This document shows positions 18,074 through 26,711 of a DNA stretch of 53,688 nt, in pieces. Every line of letters begins with the position of its first letter. The stretch's first letter is position 1. Under the pieces are notes generated by a model. The model did not search any database and was not told where the DNA came from. It saw nothing but the letters and a program-made list of their open reading frames with translations. The DNA comes from Patescibacteria group bacterium (GTDB lineage Bacteria; Patescibacteriota; Minisyncoccia; Phycocordibacterales; JACZSL01), in NCBI GenBank assembly GCA_022574205.1, contig JACZSL010000004.1:1-53688 (forward strand). Direction: 5' to 3'. Both the position numbers and the translations under genes were made by a program.

Positions 18074-19234
18074 TTATCCAAATGTAAATGCGAAGGCAGA
18101 CACACCGCCTTCAAGAAAACGAATCTCAAGCAAGTGTTCGCCATACTGTCCCTTAAGATCAATTAAATTGTATAGATCGTGTCCCTCAAACAACACTGTT
18201 CCGTCCTTTACATCCGAACCAGCACTCATTGAGTCAACAAGTTTGCCATCAATATAAATTTCCGCTCGTGAGGCGTCTTTCGCTCCAGCGACCAGATTCA
18301 CTTTGCTTGCGGAAAATTGAATAAATATTGACCCACCAATGCTTTCAAGAGATGTCTTCTCTGGTTTCGTATTCCACGTGCCTCTAAGCGAATAGGTATT
18401 TAAACGTAGAGTTAGAGATGAGTCATGATTAAATTCACATGCAGAGCTTAGACAGCTTTGCTGCGGTAAGTTGCTCAAATATTGAATACGCGAAGAGCCA
18501 AGATATATTTCCAGCGTCTTTACACCACCCGCCTTCACAATATCAACATTCTCCGGAAGACCTTCTTTTTTCGATATTACATCCTCACCCGCTCGTGCCT
18601 TGAGTTCGTTTAGCGCGCTAACGATACGTGCCTCCGTTTCAGCATACCCACCTTCTCCAATGTGGTCATAAACTATAAAGCCATCAGCGTCGATTAAATA
18701 TTTTCTCGGCCAATATCTATTGCGATACGCGTTCCACGTAGAGTAATCGTTATCAAGCACAACTGGATATGTAACACCCCATTTCTCCACCGCACGCGAA
18801 ACGTTTGCGTAATCCTTTTCAAATTCAAATTCAGGAGTGTGAAGGCCTATTATTACCAAACCCTCATCCGCATATTTTTTGTGCCACGATACAAGATACG
18901 GTAAAGTCCTCTGGCAGTTGATGCAGGAGTACGTCCAAAAATCTATAAGAATTACTTTATTGCCAATGAGATCCGCAATGTTAATGCCGTCTTGCACTCC
19001 GTCACCGTCGAAGTCAGTGTTGATAAAACCATCTGGACTTGAAATTTCCTTTGCACTCTCATATATTTTTGCCTTTTCCTTTTTCGGCATTGTGTTTAAT
19101 TCAATATTAATATCTTGAAGTATTCCTTCCGTTGGTTTTATACGATCCGGCTTTCTCATCTCTAAAACAACAATTGCTCCAACCACGAATAGCATGATAA
19201 CAAAACCAACAGTTTTTCTATATGTCTCGCTCAT
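18074..19234 (-). CDS. DipZ-like membrane-anchored redoxin
   Basis: DFWTYSCINCQRT, HTPEF.FE, N.YWP, C-terminal AFTFG. Confidence 0.88.
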   Translation of the reverse strand: MSETYRKTVGFVIMLFVVGAIVVLEMRKPDRIKPTEGILQDINIELNTMPKKEKAKIYESAKEISSPDGFINTDFDGDGVQDGINIADLIGNKVILIDFWTYSCINCQRTLPYLVSWHKKYADEGLVIIGLHTPEFEFEKDYANVSRAVEKWGVTYPVVLDNDYSTWNAYRNRYWPRKYLIDADGFIVYDHIGEGGYAETEARIVSALNELKARAGEDVISKKEGLPENVDIVKAGGVKTLEIYLGSSRIQYLSNLPQQSCLSSACEFNHDSSLTLRLNTYSLRGTWNTKPEKTSLESIGGSIFIQFSASKVNLVAGAKDASRAEIYIDGKLVDSMSAGSDVKDGTVLFEGHDLYNLIDLKGQYGEHLLEIRFLEGGVSAFAFTFG

Positions 19235-19945
19235 TTATTTAAGAAGTAAAGTGTTGAGAAGACTGAAATTAGCAACAAGATTTAAACTTTGCGTAAATAC
19301 AAGCACTCCCAAAGCAATGAGTATCACGCCAAATGCAATATTTACATATTTCAGCACATGCGCATATTTATTGATAATCACAACGGACTGTGCCGCAAAA
19401 AGTCCAACTAAAAGAAACGGCACACCAAGCCCTATTGAGTATGCGAGCAAAAGCGAAAACGCAGAACCGGGATTTGATGCGGCAAGTCCTAAAATAGCGC
19501 CAAGCGCCGCGCCCACACACGGAGTCCATCCGGCGGCAAAAGCAGAACCAAATGCAAATGAGGTCGCATACTGCGAACTAAATTTTCTCTTTACGGCAAA
19601 TTTGTGTTCACGGTTAAGAAATCCTACTTTTATCACACCGACAAGATATAAGCCAAAGAAAATAATGATTGCACCTCCAATGCGGGATAGCCACGCTTGT
19701 GCCTCGTATGCAACGGATTCAAGGAGTGTGTTCAAGAGCACGCCAAGAATCGCAAAAATAATGGAGAATCCTAAAACGAAAAACACACTATTTAGAAAAA
19801 TATTCAATCTTTTTCCCTCACCACCTCGGCTAAGCGATGTGCCCGAAAGATACGCCAAAAATCCCGGAATAATTGGCAGTACACACGGAGACAAAAACGA
19901 CACAAGTCCTCCAACAAACGCAATTAATAGTCCTACATCAGTCAT
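19235..19945 (-). CDS. ccdA: Cytochrome c biogenesis CcdA family protein
   Basis: SFLSPCVLP, WTPCVG, Y..GLGVPF. Confidence 0.9.
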   Translation of the reverse strand: MTDVGLLIAFVGGLVSFLSPCVLPIIPGFLAYLSGTSLSRGGEGKRLNIFLNSVFFVLGFSIIFAILGVLLNTLLESVAYEAQAWLSRIGGAIIIFFGLYLVGVIKVGFLNREHKFAVKRKFSSQYATSFAFGSAFAAGWTPCVGAALGAILGLAASNPGSAFSLLLAYSIGLGVPFLLVGLFAAQSVVIINKYAHVLKYVNIAFGVILIALGVLVFTQSLNLVANFSLLNTLLLK

Positions 19946-19995
19946 ACGCCAATCATATCTATAGTGATTGTGTAAAATTTAGAAATCACCATTCC

Positions 19996-20280
19996 TTACA
20001 AAGACGTTTTTTCCATTACGTCTGCGTCTTCTTTCATCATCTCTTCGTCACCCCCCATCATTTCTTTTCCTTCTTTCACCATCTTTTCACCATCCTCCAT
20101 CATCGCTTCACCCTCTTTCATTATTTTATCTCCTTCTTCCATCATATCTTCTGCCTTTTGTTCCACCATGTTCTCAGCAGATGTTGTATTTGCGTACCAC
20201 ACAGCACCTACAAGTAGAATTACTGCAATGATAGCTATTATTGCCGATGTTGCGATTCCACGCGTGTATATATTCTTCAT
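19996..20280 (-). CDS. Met/Glu-rich exported protein with heptad repeats, possibly truncated
   Basis: N-terminal TM; MMEEGDK/IMKEGEA/MMEDGEK/MVKEGKE/MMGGDEE/MMKEDAD. Confidence 0.6.
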   Translation of the reverse strand: MKNIYTRGIATSAIIAIIAVILLVGAVWYANTTSAENMVEQKAEDMMEEGDKIMKEGEAMMEDGEKMVKEGKEMMGGDEEMMKEDADVMEKTSL

Positions 20281-20342
20281 AAAATTATCTATTTATAGTA
20301 AAAAACTATTAATTTATTTAATTGTATTTCAATAGTTTTAAA

Positions 20343-20361
20343 TGTCAAGTGTACTTTACAT
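20343..20361. promoter_or_regulatory. Putative XRE operator, copy 1
   Basis: tgtcaagtgtactttacat, near-palindromic, 18/19 identical to 20999-21017. Confidence 0.65.
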
Positions 20362-20391
20362 CATTTATCCGCGGAAAATGTTATTTTCTAT

Positions 20392-20757
20392 TTATCTATG
20401 CCACTTTGCCCATATATGACTCAGTGCTTTAACAATAACCATAATTGCTAATGTCCCTGCAAGCCACGGGTCAGCATGATTATAAATAGCTTGATATGAC
20501 ACACCAATTAAAAGTACTATTATGCCTGCGAAGTACGCAGTTCTACTTGCAAATAAAAGATGGGCTTCTTCACGCTCATCTTGCGAAACACTTTTAAACA
20601 CAAGTCCTGCGAAAAAACTCGCTAGAACAAATAACGCCATGACAGACGCGTATGTGATCACCTCAGGCATCCAAAAATTCCATGGGTTCACAAGTAAAAG
20701 CAATAACACTCCAAACGATACCGCAACTATAACCTCATTTATAATGTTTTCTCGCAT
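20392..20757 (-). CDS. 4-TM membrane protein (DUF2178-like)
   Basis: DERE motif between TM segments; paired with an XRE regulator. Confidence 0.65.
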   Translation of the reverse strand: MRENIINEVIVAVSFGVLLLLLVNPWNFWMPEVITYASVMALFVLASFFAGLVFKSVSQDEREEAHLLFASRTAYFAGIIVLLIGVSYQAIYNHADPWLAGTLAIMVIVKALSHIWAKWHR

Positions 20758-20761
20758 AATA

Positions 20762-20968
20762 TTATCTCTTTATAGTAAAAATTTTTTCTACAGGCTCTTT
20801 AAAAAATACAGCAATATTCAACGCCAAAAAAACAGATGGAGTATAGTTACCACCCTCTAGCGCAATAATCGTTTGTCTTGTAACACCAACAGCTTTCCCA
20901 AGTTCTTCCTGAGTAATACCTTTCTCATCTCGAAACCGCTGTACTTTATTTAAAACCACCCCATTCAT
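20762..20968 (-). CDS. XRE-family HTH regulator
   Basis: TQEEL...VGVTRQTIIALE.G.Y.PS. Confidence 0.92.
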   Translation of the reverse strand: MNGVVLNKVQRFRDEKGITQEELGKAVGVTRQTIIALEGGNYTPSVFLALNIAVFFKEPVEKIFTIKR

Positions 20969-20998
20969 TCATGTATTCTATATTTCTCACTGTTATAT

Positions 20999-21017
20999 TG
21001 TCAAGTATACTTTACAT
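20999..21017. promoter_or_regulatory. Putative XRE operator, copy 2, overlapping the -35 (TTGACA) of the XRE gene
   Basis: tgtcaagtatactttacat; minus strand TTGACA-18-TAGAAT-6-ATG. Confidence 0.65.
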
Positions 21018-21108
21018 AAATAAGGCACACTAAGCCAAGTTCAATGTATTTAATGTTGTGCCCGAGTGCACGGCACTTTAGGGCACCAGAACAGAGAAAA
21101 TTTCATTA

Positions 21109-22137
21109 TTATTTTTTATTTTTCTGCAAACGCAATTTATTTATAGGTCTTCTTATTGTGTCCAGGGAAATACCTTCTTTGATTGCAGCCACCACTCCAG
21201 CTGCTTCCAAATAATTTTCAACTACAATGAATTTATCAGGTATATGATCATGTAGCACCGTCCGGTTTTCTTTTACCACAATAACTGGAATGTTCTTTTT
21301 CAAACACGCGGAATGCGGTCTGCCGACACAGCCAAGTGGAGTAATTAAAAAGTCTATATCATCAACGGTAAAACCAGGGCCAACACGTGGGGCTTTATGC
21401 AAACCCTTTAAAACACTTACCACATAGCAGGAAGATATTGCTTCCGGCGCTATGCGGGGATCAACAGTTTCATTATAGACTATCTTAATTAATTCTTCGT
21501 TTTCTTTTGTTTTATCATCTTCAACAGGAGCATGCGCTACCGGTTTATTTAGTACTTCCGATATTTTTCTGGAAACAATTGCCTCTATGCCACCCCAAGG
21601 ATTAACGCCTCCGTTTCGGAAATAATTTAACGCCACACCATCTGGTACATCAATTTCTGTAGCAACTGCTAAAGCATCAAATTCATATTTTTTTGTATGT
21701 GATATTAATTCTTCTATACCCGACACATCTCCAGTGGCTACATCGTTTTCAATTCTTCCATTCATTTTTAAAGGTTTATCAAGAACAGAAATTGAAATGT
21801 CTATTCCAAGAGTAACCCTTGCAGCCTCGGCGGCATTTATGGTTTCTGCATGCGGAGGTGGGTTCACCACTAATAAAATTTTATTGTTTTTAACCGGACG
21901 TAAGTTGATTTTACCTTCTAAAAACCTATCAAGCATGCTTCCCTCCACATATAGCATATTATCAGTCATCTCATTGATGTCTGACGCATTAACTACGTTA
22001 GGGTGAACTATGAGTTCATCACACACACCGGAAATTAAACGCGCTGATGGTGTAGCGTCGCCGGCGTGTCCTCCTATTTCACACCCTATACCAGTTGGGA
22101 TTATGAACACACCTATTGTCTTATTATGGTTGTACAT
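21109..22137 (-). CDS. DUF3326 family protein
   Basis: IPTGIGCEIGGHAGDA, HPNVVNA, YVEG..LDRF, GL..AP, NYLEAAG. Confidence 0.8.
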   Translation of the reverse strand: MYNHNKTIGVFIIPTGIGCEIGGHAGDATPSARLISGVCDELIVHPNVVNASDINEMTDNMLYVEGSMLDRFLEGKINLRPVKNNKILLVVNPPPHAETINAAEAARVTLGIDISISVLDKPLKMNGRIENDVATGDVSGIEELISHTKKYEFDALAVATEIDVPDGVALNYFRNGGVNPWGGIEAIVSRKISEVLNKPVAHAPVEDDKTKENEELIKIVYNETVDPRIAPEAISSCYVVSVLKGLHKAPRVGPGFTVDDIDFLITPLGCVGRPHSACLKKNIPVIVVKENRTVLHDHIPDKFIVVENYLEAAGVVAAIKEGISLDTIRRPINKLRLQKNKK

Positions 22138-22484
22138 GAAATTATCTCACCTTTAAACCAGATTTTACTTATACTGGTTGCTTTCTGCGCATTAAAATCT
22201 TTACAGGAGAAAATATTTAAATAGACTCTTTTTAAACGATCAAGGGTGTGAATAGTAATATTGCTTGTCCTAATAAATTGTACCGCTGATGTTCCTACCA
22301 AATGTGGCTCTGTTTCACGTTCTTTTTGTGGGGTATATAAATCATCCCACCATACAAGCTTTTCTGGTTGCATATTAATCTCCCGACAAATAAATCTAAA
22401 ATATTTTTTTATAGACTTACGATTAAAAGTGTTTGGGTTACACTTGTGCAAGTCAATAATAAGCTCTTTCCCGTAATTCTTCAT
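22113..22484 (-). CDS. S-adenosylmethionine decarboxylase-like proenzyme
   Basis: YG.ELI.DL..C, G.SAVQFI.TS.I.IH, IFSCK.F. Confidence 0.75.
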   Translation of the reverse strand: MKNYGKELIIDLHKCNPNTFNRKSIKKYFRFICREINMQPEKLVWWDDLYTPQKERETEPHLVGTSAVQFIRTSNITIHTLDRLKRVYLNIFSCKDFNAQKATSISKIWFKGEIISCTTIIRQ

Positions 22485-22563
22485 AAAGATAAAAATAACT
22501 TTAATTTATGAAAGTAAAATTAAATTCTGAATAATTACTATAGCATAAATATATAAAATACTA

Positions 22564-22749
22564 CATTTGTGCCCGGGGCGGGAGTCGGCCCAAGTCACTA
22601 ATTCGCTTCGCTCATAAGTGCTTGCGGCCCCGGCTCGCTATTGTAGAGCGATATGCTCCGCCTTTCGACTCCCGACGAAAGCAAAGCAGTTTGCTTTCTC
22701 CCCGGACTAAAAACACAATATTCGATGCACCAAAGTGCACCGAATATTG
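22564..22749 (-). mobile_element. tRNA-Leu(TAA) 3'-anchored mini-element
   Basis: 24-bp perfect copy of the tRNA 3' end (22564-22587 = 22750-22773) plus an antisense copy at 22664-22707. Confidence 0.7.
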
Positions 22750-22755
22750 CATTTG

Positions 22756-22837
22756 TGCCCGGGGCGGGAGTCGAACCCGCATGTCTTGCGACACAAAATT
22801 TTAAGTCTTGCGTGTATACCAATTCCACCACCCGGGC
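22756..22837 (-). tRNA. tRNA-Leu(TAA)
   Basis: Cloverleaf, ct-TAA-aa, variable arm. Confidence 0.93.
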
Positions 22838-22845
22838 GTATTATT

Positions 22846-23025
22846 AGGGGAATCGACCTCCAAGTCACTAAATATATTATTTCACTACGCTCATAATCTA
22901 TTAAGTACTCGTGGGCTCGGCTCGGCGCTTAATCGTCCCAAGGACACGAGCCTGTGCCTGTTCGATTCCCACTCTGCTTCTTACAGAACACATAGCCATA
23001 GAAAACAGGGCGATGTGTTCTGTTG
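22846..23025 (-). mobile_element. tRNA-Cys 3'-anchored mini-element
   Basis: Direct T-arm copy 22847-22856, antisense copy 22961-22980, inner motifs shared with the Leu element. Confidence 0.6.
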
Positions 23026-23097
23026 AGGCCTGAGGGGGAATCGAACCCCCGCATGGAGGATTTGCAGTCCTCAGTGTTACCACTTCACCATCAGGCC
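23026..23097 (-). tRNA. tRNA-Cys(GCA)
   Basis: Cloverleaf, ct-GCA-aa. Confidence 0.93.
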
Positions 23098-23104
23098 TAT
23101 TCAT

Positions 23105-23222
23105 CCCGTTAGAGATAGTCCGCCTCAGGCGGACGTTGATTAACTACTGATAATAAATATACACATATCTTTTTTTGTCTTTTGCTTGATTTGGTATACA
23201 TAACTGTTTAATCTTTAACGGG
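23105..23222 (-). mobile_element. CCCG-hairpin element at the rbfA 3' end
   Basis: Ends cccgttagagat/atctttaacggg; perfect flanking direct repeat attcat (23099-23104, 23223-23228); REP hairpin inside at 23118-23134. Confidence 0.8.
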
Positions 23223-23541
23223 ATTCATTTAATAACTCATCGATGCGCCTACGATTCTTTTCTCCTTCATCAATGGCAAAATCAAAGTAGGGTAGTCGCT
23301 TTAGTCTCGAGTTCTTTTTAACGTAACTCCTAAAATCCGAACGCTTTCTCTTTACAAAGTTAAGAGCATTTTGAGATGCATCTACTGGCATAACACTTAT
23401 TAATATTGTAGCTTTTTTGCCATCCATTGAGAGATCTACACCAGTTACTGTAATGAGGCTGGTGCGATTTGATTCTACACTCAGATATTGTGCAGCTAAC
23501 TGGCGCAGTATTTCCGAAGCTCTTCCACCTCTATCAGTCAT
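23215..23541 (-). CDS. rbfA: Ribosome-binding factor A
   Basis: ITVT.V.LS.D...A.I..S, P...F..D; follows infB. Confidence 0.88.
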   Translation of the reverse strand: MTDRGGRASEILRQLAAQYLSVESNRTSLITVTGVDLSMDGKKATILISVMPVDASQNALNFVKRKRSDFRSYVKKNSRLKRLPYFDFAIDEGEKNRRRIDELLNESR

Positions 23542-23547
23542 ATTATA

Positions 23548-25098
23548 TTACATTTTAACGTGGACAAACCCCACGAGTTCATCACCCTCTGAAACATCGA
23601 CAGATGATTGTATTTCAGCGCCAAACTCGTTGCCCTCCACGACAACTTTTGTAGCAGTTTTTTGTATTTGAAGACTTGTTACTTTTCCCATACCTATTAG
23701 AGACGCACTTCGCAGAATTTTTACTTGTTCACCAAGTTTTAACGAACCCTCTGTCACACTACCACCAATGATTGACTTATCCTTTGTTCGACTAAATTTC
23801 TTTAAGACTTTAACTTTTCCAGTAGTTTCCTCAACATCGATTTTTGGAGTACGTGACTTAATAGCCGCAAGAAGCCACTCTGCAAGCTCATAAATAATCG
23901 TAAATGTCTTAATTTCGATACCTAGGCGCTCTGCCATCTCCTTTGCACGAGCGTCAACGCTGACATTAAAGCCTACAACAATCGTGTTTTTGTTTCCCCC
24001 GGCAGTCTTAATGTCACCCTCGCTTATTGTACCGACACCACTCAATACAATTTTTACATCAACACGCTCGGTGTCAATCTTTTGAATCTCATGTTGTATT
24101 GCTTCAATTGTTCCGGAGACATCAGTCTTTATAATGACCGGAATTGTCACTTTTCCATCTTCAACATCTTCGTTGTCACCATGGCTACGTGGAGCTTTTT
24201 TCGAAATTTTATAAGCGAGAACGGCAGCCTCGGCTTCTTTCTTTGTGTCAAATGCGGCAAAAGTGGAGCCAGCACTTGGCACATCGCTAAACCCGATGAC
24301 GCGAGCCGGAGTTCCTAATTTGGCCTCCTTAATGCTTTTACCCTGGAAATCTTCCATAATCCGAACTGGTGCAATACATTCTCCAACAACAACACTCTGC
24401 CCACTTTTCAACGTACCATCTTTTATTACAAGTGTTGCTGAGATTCCTTTTCTAGGTTCAACGTGAGATTCAACAACAACACCCTCTGCATTTTTACTTG
24501 GGTCTCCTGTAAGTTCTTCAAGGTCGGTCGCAAGGAGTAAAAGGTCAAGGAGCTCCTTCACACCTTCACCAGTCTTTGCGGAAATAGTTGCATATGGTAC
24601 GCTACCGCCCATTCCTTCAAGATAGATTTCGTTTTCAACGAGACTACTCTTTGTTCGTTCAATGTCAGCGCCAGGTAGATCAATTTTATTTATTGCAACA
24701 ATATAAGGAAGGTTGGCATTTTCGATTGACTTTAGCGCTTCGATCGTTTGAGTTTTTACACCGTCCTCTGCAGACACGATAAGGATTGCGATGTCAGCGG
24801 CTTGTACCCCCCGCAAACGCATACCAGCAAACGCTTCATGTCCCGGAGTATCAAGAAATGTTATTTTACGCACCTTTCCATCTTCCCCAATATGTTCAAC
24901 TTCATATGAAGAAATGTGCTGAGTGATGCCGCCCACCTCACGCTCAACCACATTTGTCTTTCGGATATAATCAAGAAGTTTTGATTTACCGTGATCTATA
25001 TGACCCATCACAGCCACAACCGGCTGACGCACCACAAGAACCCCAGTACTCGCTGGTTTTGTATCTCGAATCGAATTGTTCGCGTGTGTTTTTGTCAT
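23548..25098 (-). CDS. infB: Translation initiation factor IF-2 (short form without long N-terminus)
   Basis: GHIDHGKS, GGITQHI, DTPGHEAF, NKID. Confidence 0.95.
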   Translation of the reverse strand: MTKTHANNSIRDTKPASTGVLVVRQPVVAVMGHIDHGKSKLLDYIRKTNVVEREVGGITQHISSYEVEHIGEDGKVRKITFLDTPGHEAFAGMRLRGVQAADIAILIVSAEDGVKTQTIEALKSIENANLPYIVAINKIDLPGADIERTKSSLVENEIYLEGMGGSVPYATISAKTGEGVKELLDLLLLATDLEELTGDPSKNAEGVVVESHVEPRKGISATLVIKDGTLKSGQSVVVGECIAPVRIMEDFQGKSIKEAKLGTPARVIGFSDVPSAGSTFAAFDTKKEAEAAVLAYKISKKAPRSHGDNEDVEDGKVTIPVIIKTDVSGTIEAIQHEIQKIDTERVDVKIVLSGVGTISEGDIKTAGGNKNTIVVGFNVSVDARAKEMAERLGIEIKTFTIIYELAEWLLAAIKSRTPKIDVEETTGKVKVLKKFSRTKDKSIIGGSVTEGSLKLGEQVKILRSASLIGMGKVTSLQIQKTATKVVVEGNEFGAEIQSSVDVSEGDELVGFVHVKM

Positions 25099-25258
25099 AA
25101 GAGTAAGCAAACGCTCGTAACAGAGCGGAGTGTGTCTTTTGATTATTGGTCATTTCACTATGTGTGTGAATTGGTTTGGATTATACATTGAAATCACATT
25201 TTTGCAAAAACATTTTTTGGTATAATATGAACATAATAACTTTAGCTATCCGTAGTGT

Positions 25259-26455
25259 ATGAATAAAAAAGATAGTCGCATCTACCTAGATTATGCTGCT
25301 TCTACACCTGTTGATGAGCAGGTGGTTTTAGCAATGAAGCCATATTGGAGTGAGAATTTTGGAAACCCTGGCTCTATCCACAAGGAGGGAGTACGTGCAA
25401 AGGCGGCAATTGACATATCCCGCAAGAGCATTGCTGCTACACTTTGCGCGAAAGAAGATGAAATTATTTTCACAGGGAATGGAACTGAAGCAAATAATCT
25501 GGCAATATATGGCGTCGCCAATTATCTTGTCCACCAAAAACGAGATTTGAGTAAAATGCATTTTATTACGAGCCAAATTGAACATCCATCAGTTCTAAAC
25601 TTGTTTCAAGATCTTGAAGCTCGTGGCGCTCATGTGACATATATAGAAGTGACACCGGAAGGTAGTGTACGCCCTACTGATGTTATGGACGTTCTCAAGG
25701 AAGACACCGTCCTTGTTTCAATAATGTTTGCAAACAATGAAATTGGCACTATAAACCAGATAGCAAACATAGCAAAGCTTATCAAAGCGTTTAGAAAACA
25801 AAATACTAACGCAGCTTATCCATATTTTCATACTGACGCAAGCCAAGCACTTATTTTTTCCCCGATTAATGTAGAAAAACTTGGTGTCGATCTCTTAACC
25901 ATAGACGCACAGAAAATCTACGGTCCAAAAGGGATTGGAGCTCTTTACAAAAAACGAAACACTAATATTGTTCAAGTTATTATTGGTGGAAACCAAGAGT
26001 TTGGACTTCGATCTGGAACAGAGAGTGTCCCGCTCATTGTTGGGTTCGCGAAAGCTCTAGAAATCGTTGAAAAAGACAGAGAGCGAGAGGTGGAAAGATT
26101 GAAGGGGCTGCGCGACCATTTTTTAAATCTTTTGGAGTCACTTAAATCAAAAATTGAAATAAACGGCGACTTAGAGAACAGAGCGTCAAACAATGTGAAT
26201 ATTTCAATTCCAGGTATTGAAAGCGAATACGCTGTTGTGCTTTTGGATAATATGGGAATTGCGTGTGGGTCACGGAGCTCATGTGTTAGTAACGATAGCA
26301 AAGAATCTTATGTAGTGGAGGCGCTTGGTAAAAGCAAGGAGATCGCATTGAGCTCATTAAGGTTTACGTTTGGTAAGGACACTTCAAAGGAGGACATAGA
26401 CTACACTTTCTCGTGTATAAAGAAAATCATCGCTAATTTTGACAAGAGCAAATAG
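25259..26455 (+). CDS. iscS: Cysteine desulfurase (IscS/NifS-like)
   Basis: YLDYAASTP, NNEIG, HTDA.Q, QKIYGPKG, RSGTE, SSC. Confidence 0.88.
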   Translation: MNKKDSRIYLDYAASTPVDEQVVLAMKPYWSENFGNPGSIHKEGVRAKAAIDISRKSIAATLCAKEDEIIFTGNGTEANNLAIYGVANYLVHQKRDLSKMHFITSQIEHPSVLNLFQDLEARGAHVTYIEVTPEGSVRPTDVMDVLKEDTVLVSIMFANNEIGTINQIANIAKLIKAFRKQNTNAAYPYFHTDASQALIFSPINVEKLGVDLLTIDAQKIYGPKGIGALYKKRNTNIVQVIIGGNQEFGLRSGTESVPLIVGFAKALEIVEKDREREVERLKGLRDHFLNLLESLKSKIEINGDLENRASNNVNISIPGIESEYAVVLLDNMGIACGSRSSCVSNDSKESYVVEALGKSKEIALSSLRFTFGKDTSKEDIDYTFSCIKKIIANFDKSK

Positions 26456-26556
26456 TAGTGCTATTATTTTTACTCAAGCTTAAAACGATACCGATTTACG
26501 GCGCCTATACAGCTTGATCTACACTAATCTAAACAGTATTATATTGATATATGGAT

Positions 26557-26711
26557 TCAGATGGTTATCACCTGTCTGCGTGCTCGCACATGCAGACCAA
26601 AGCTATAGCTACTATCATTGAAATCATGAACGTAAAGGTTGAATCATTATTTATAAGCAATAATACAAACCAGCTGTGCTTTGTAGCGATGGCAGGCGGG
26701 TAACTATCGGG
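26557..26711 (+). mobile_element. CCCG-hairpin element (degenerate left end) at the start of the protease-like gene
   Basis: ATGGA at 26551 and 26712; left tcagatggtta vs right taactatcggg; 26598-26711 nearly identical to 46108-46220. Confidence 0.7.

Noticed and set aside
18044-18075. tRNA-Leu(TAG) mini-element remnant (caggggtttgaagggcagag)
   Set aside because: Too short and degenerate to call, though it resembles the antisense T-arm start.
19194-19964. Long antisense ORFs (19194-19964, 26996-27613, 49012-49611 and similar)
   Set aside because: Shadows of well-supported genes on the opposite strand, with no recognisable motifs.
22564-22773. Prophage/ICE attL-attR at tRNA-Leu
   Set aside because: The repeats are only 186 bp apart and no integrase is present; treated as a mini-element instead.
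26551-26703. 50-codon ORF through the element
   Set aside because: It is composed of repeat DNA and the homologous copy at 45966 lacks the ATG; no support for coding.
26676-26711. Shared N-terminal extension MLCSDGR.VTIG on two proteins (also 46185-46220) and MAFPISNG at 31129
   Set aside because: These are translations of element DNA; the true starts are 26712, 46221 and 31153.
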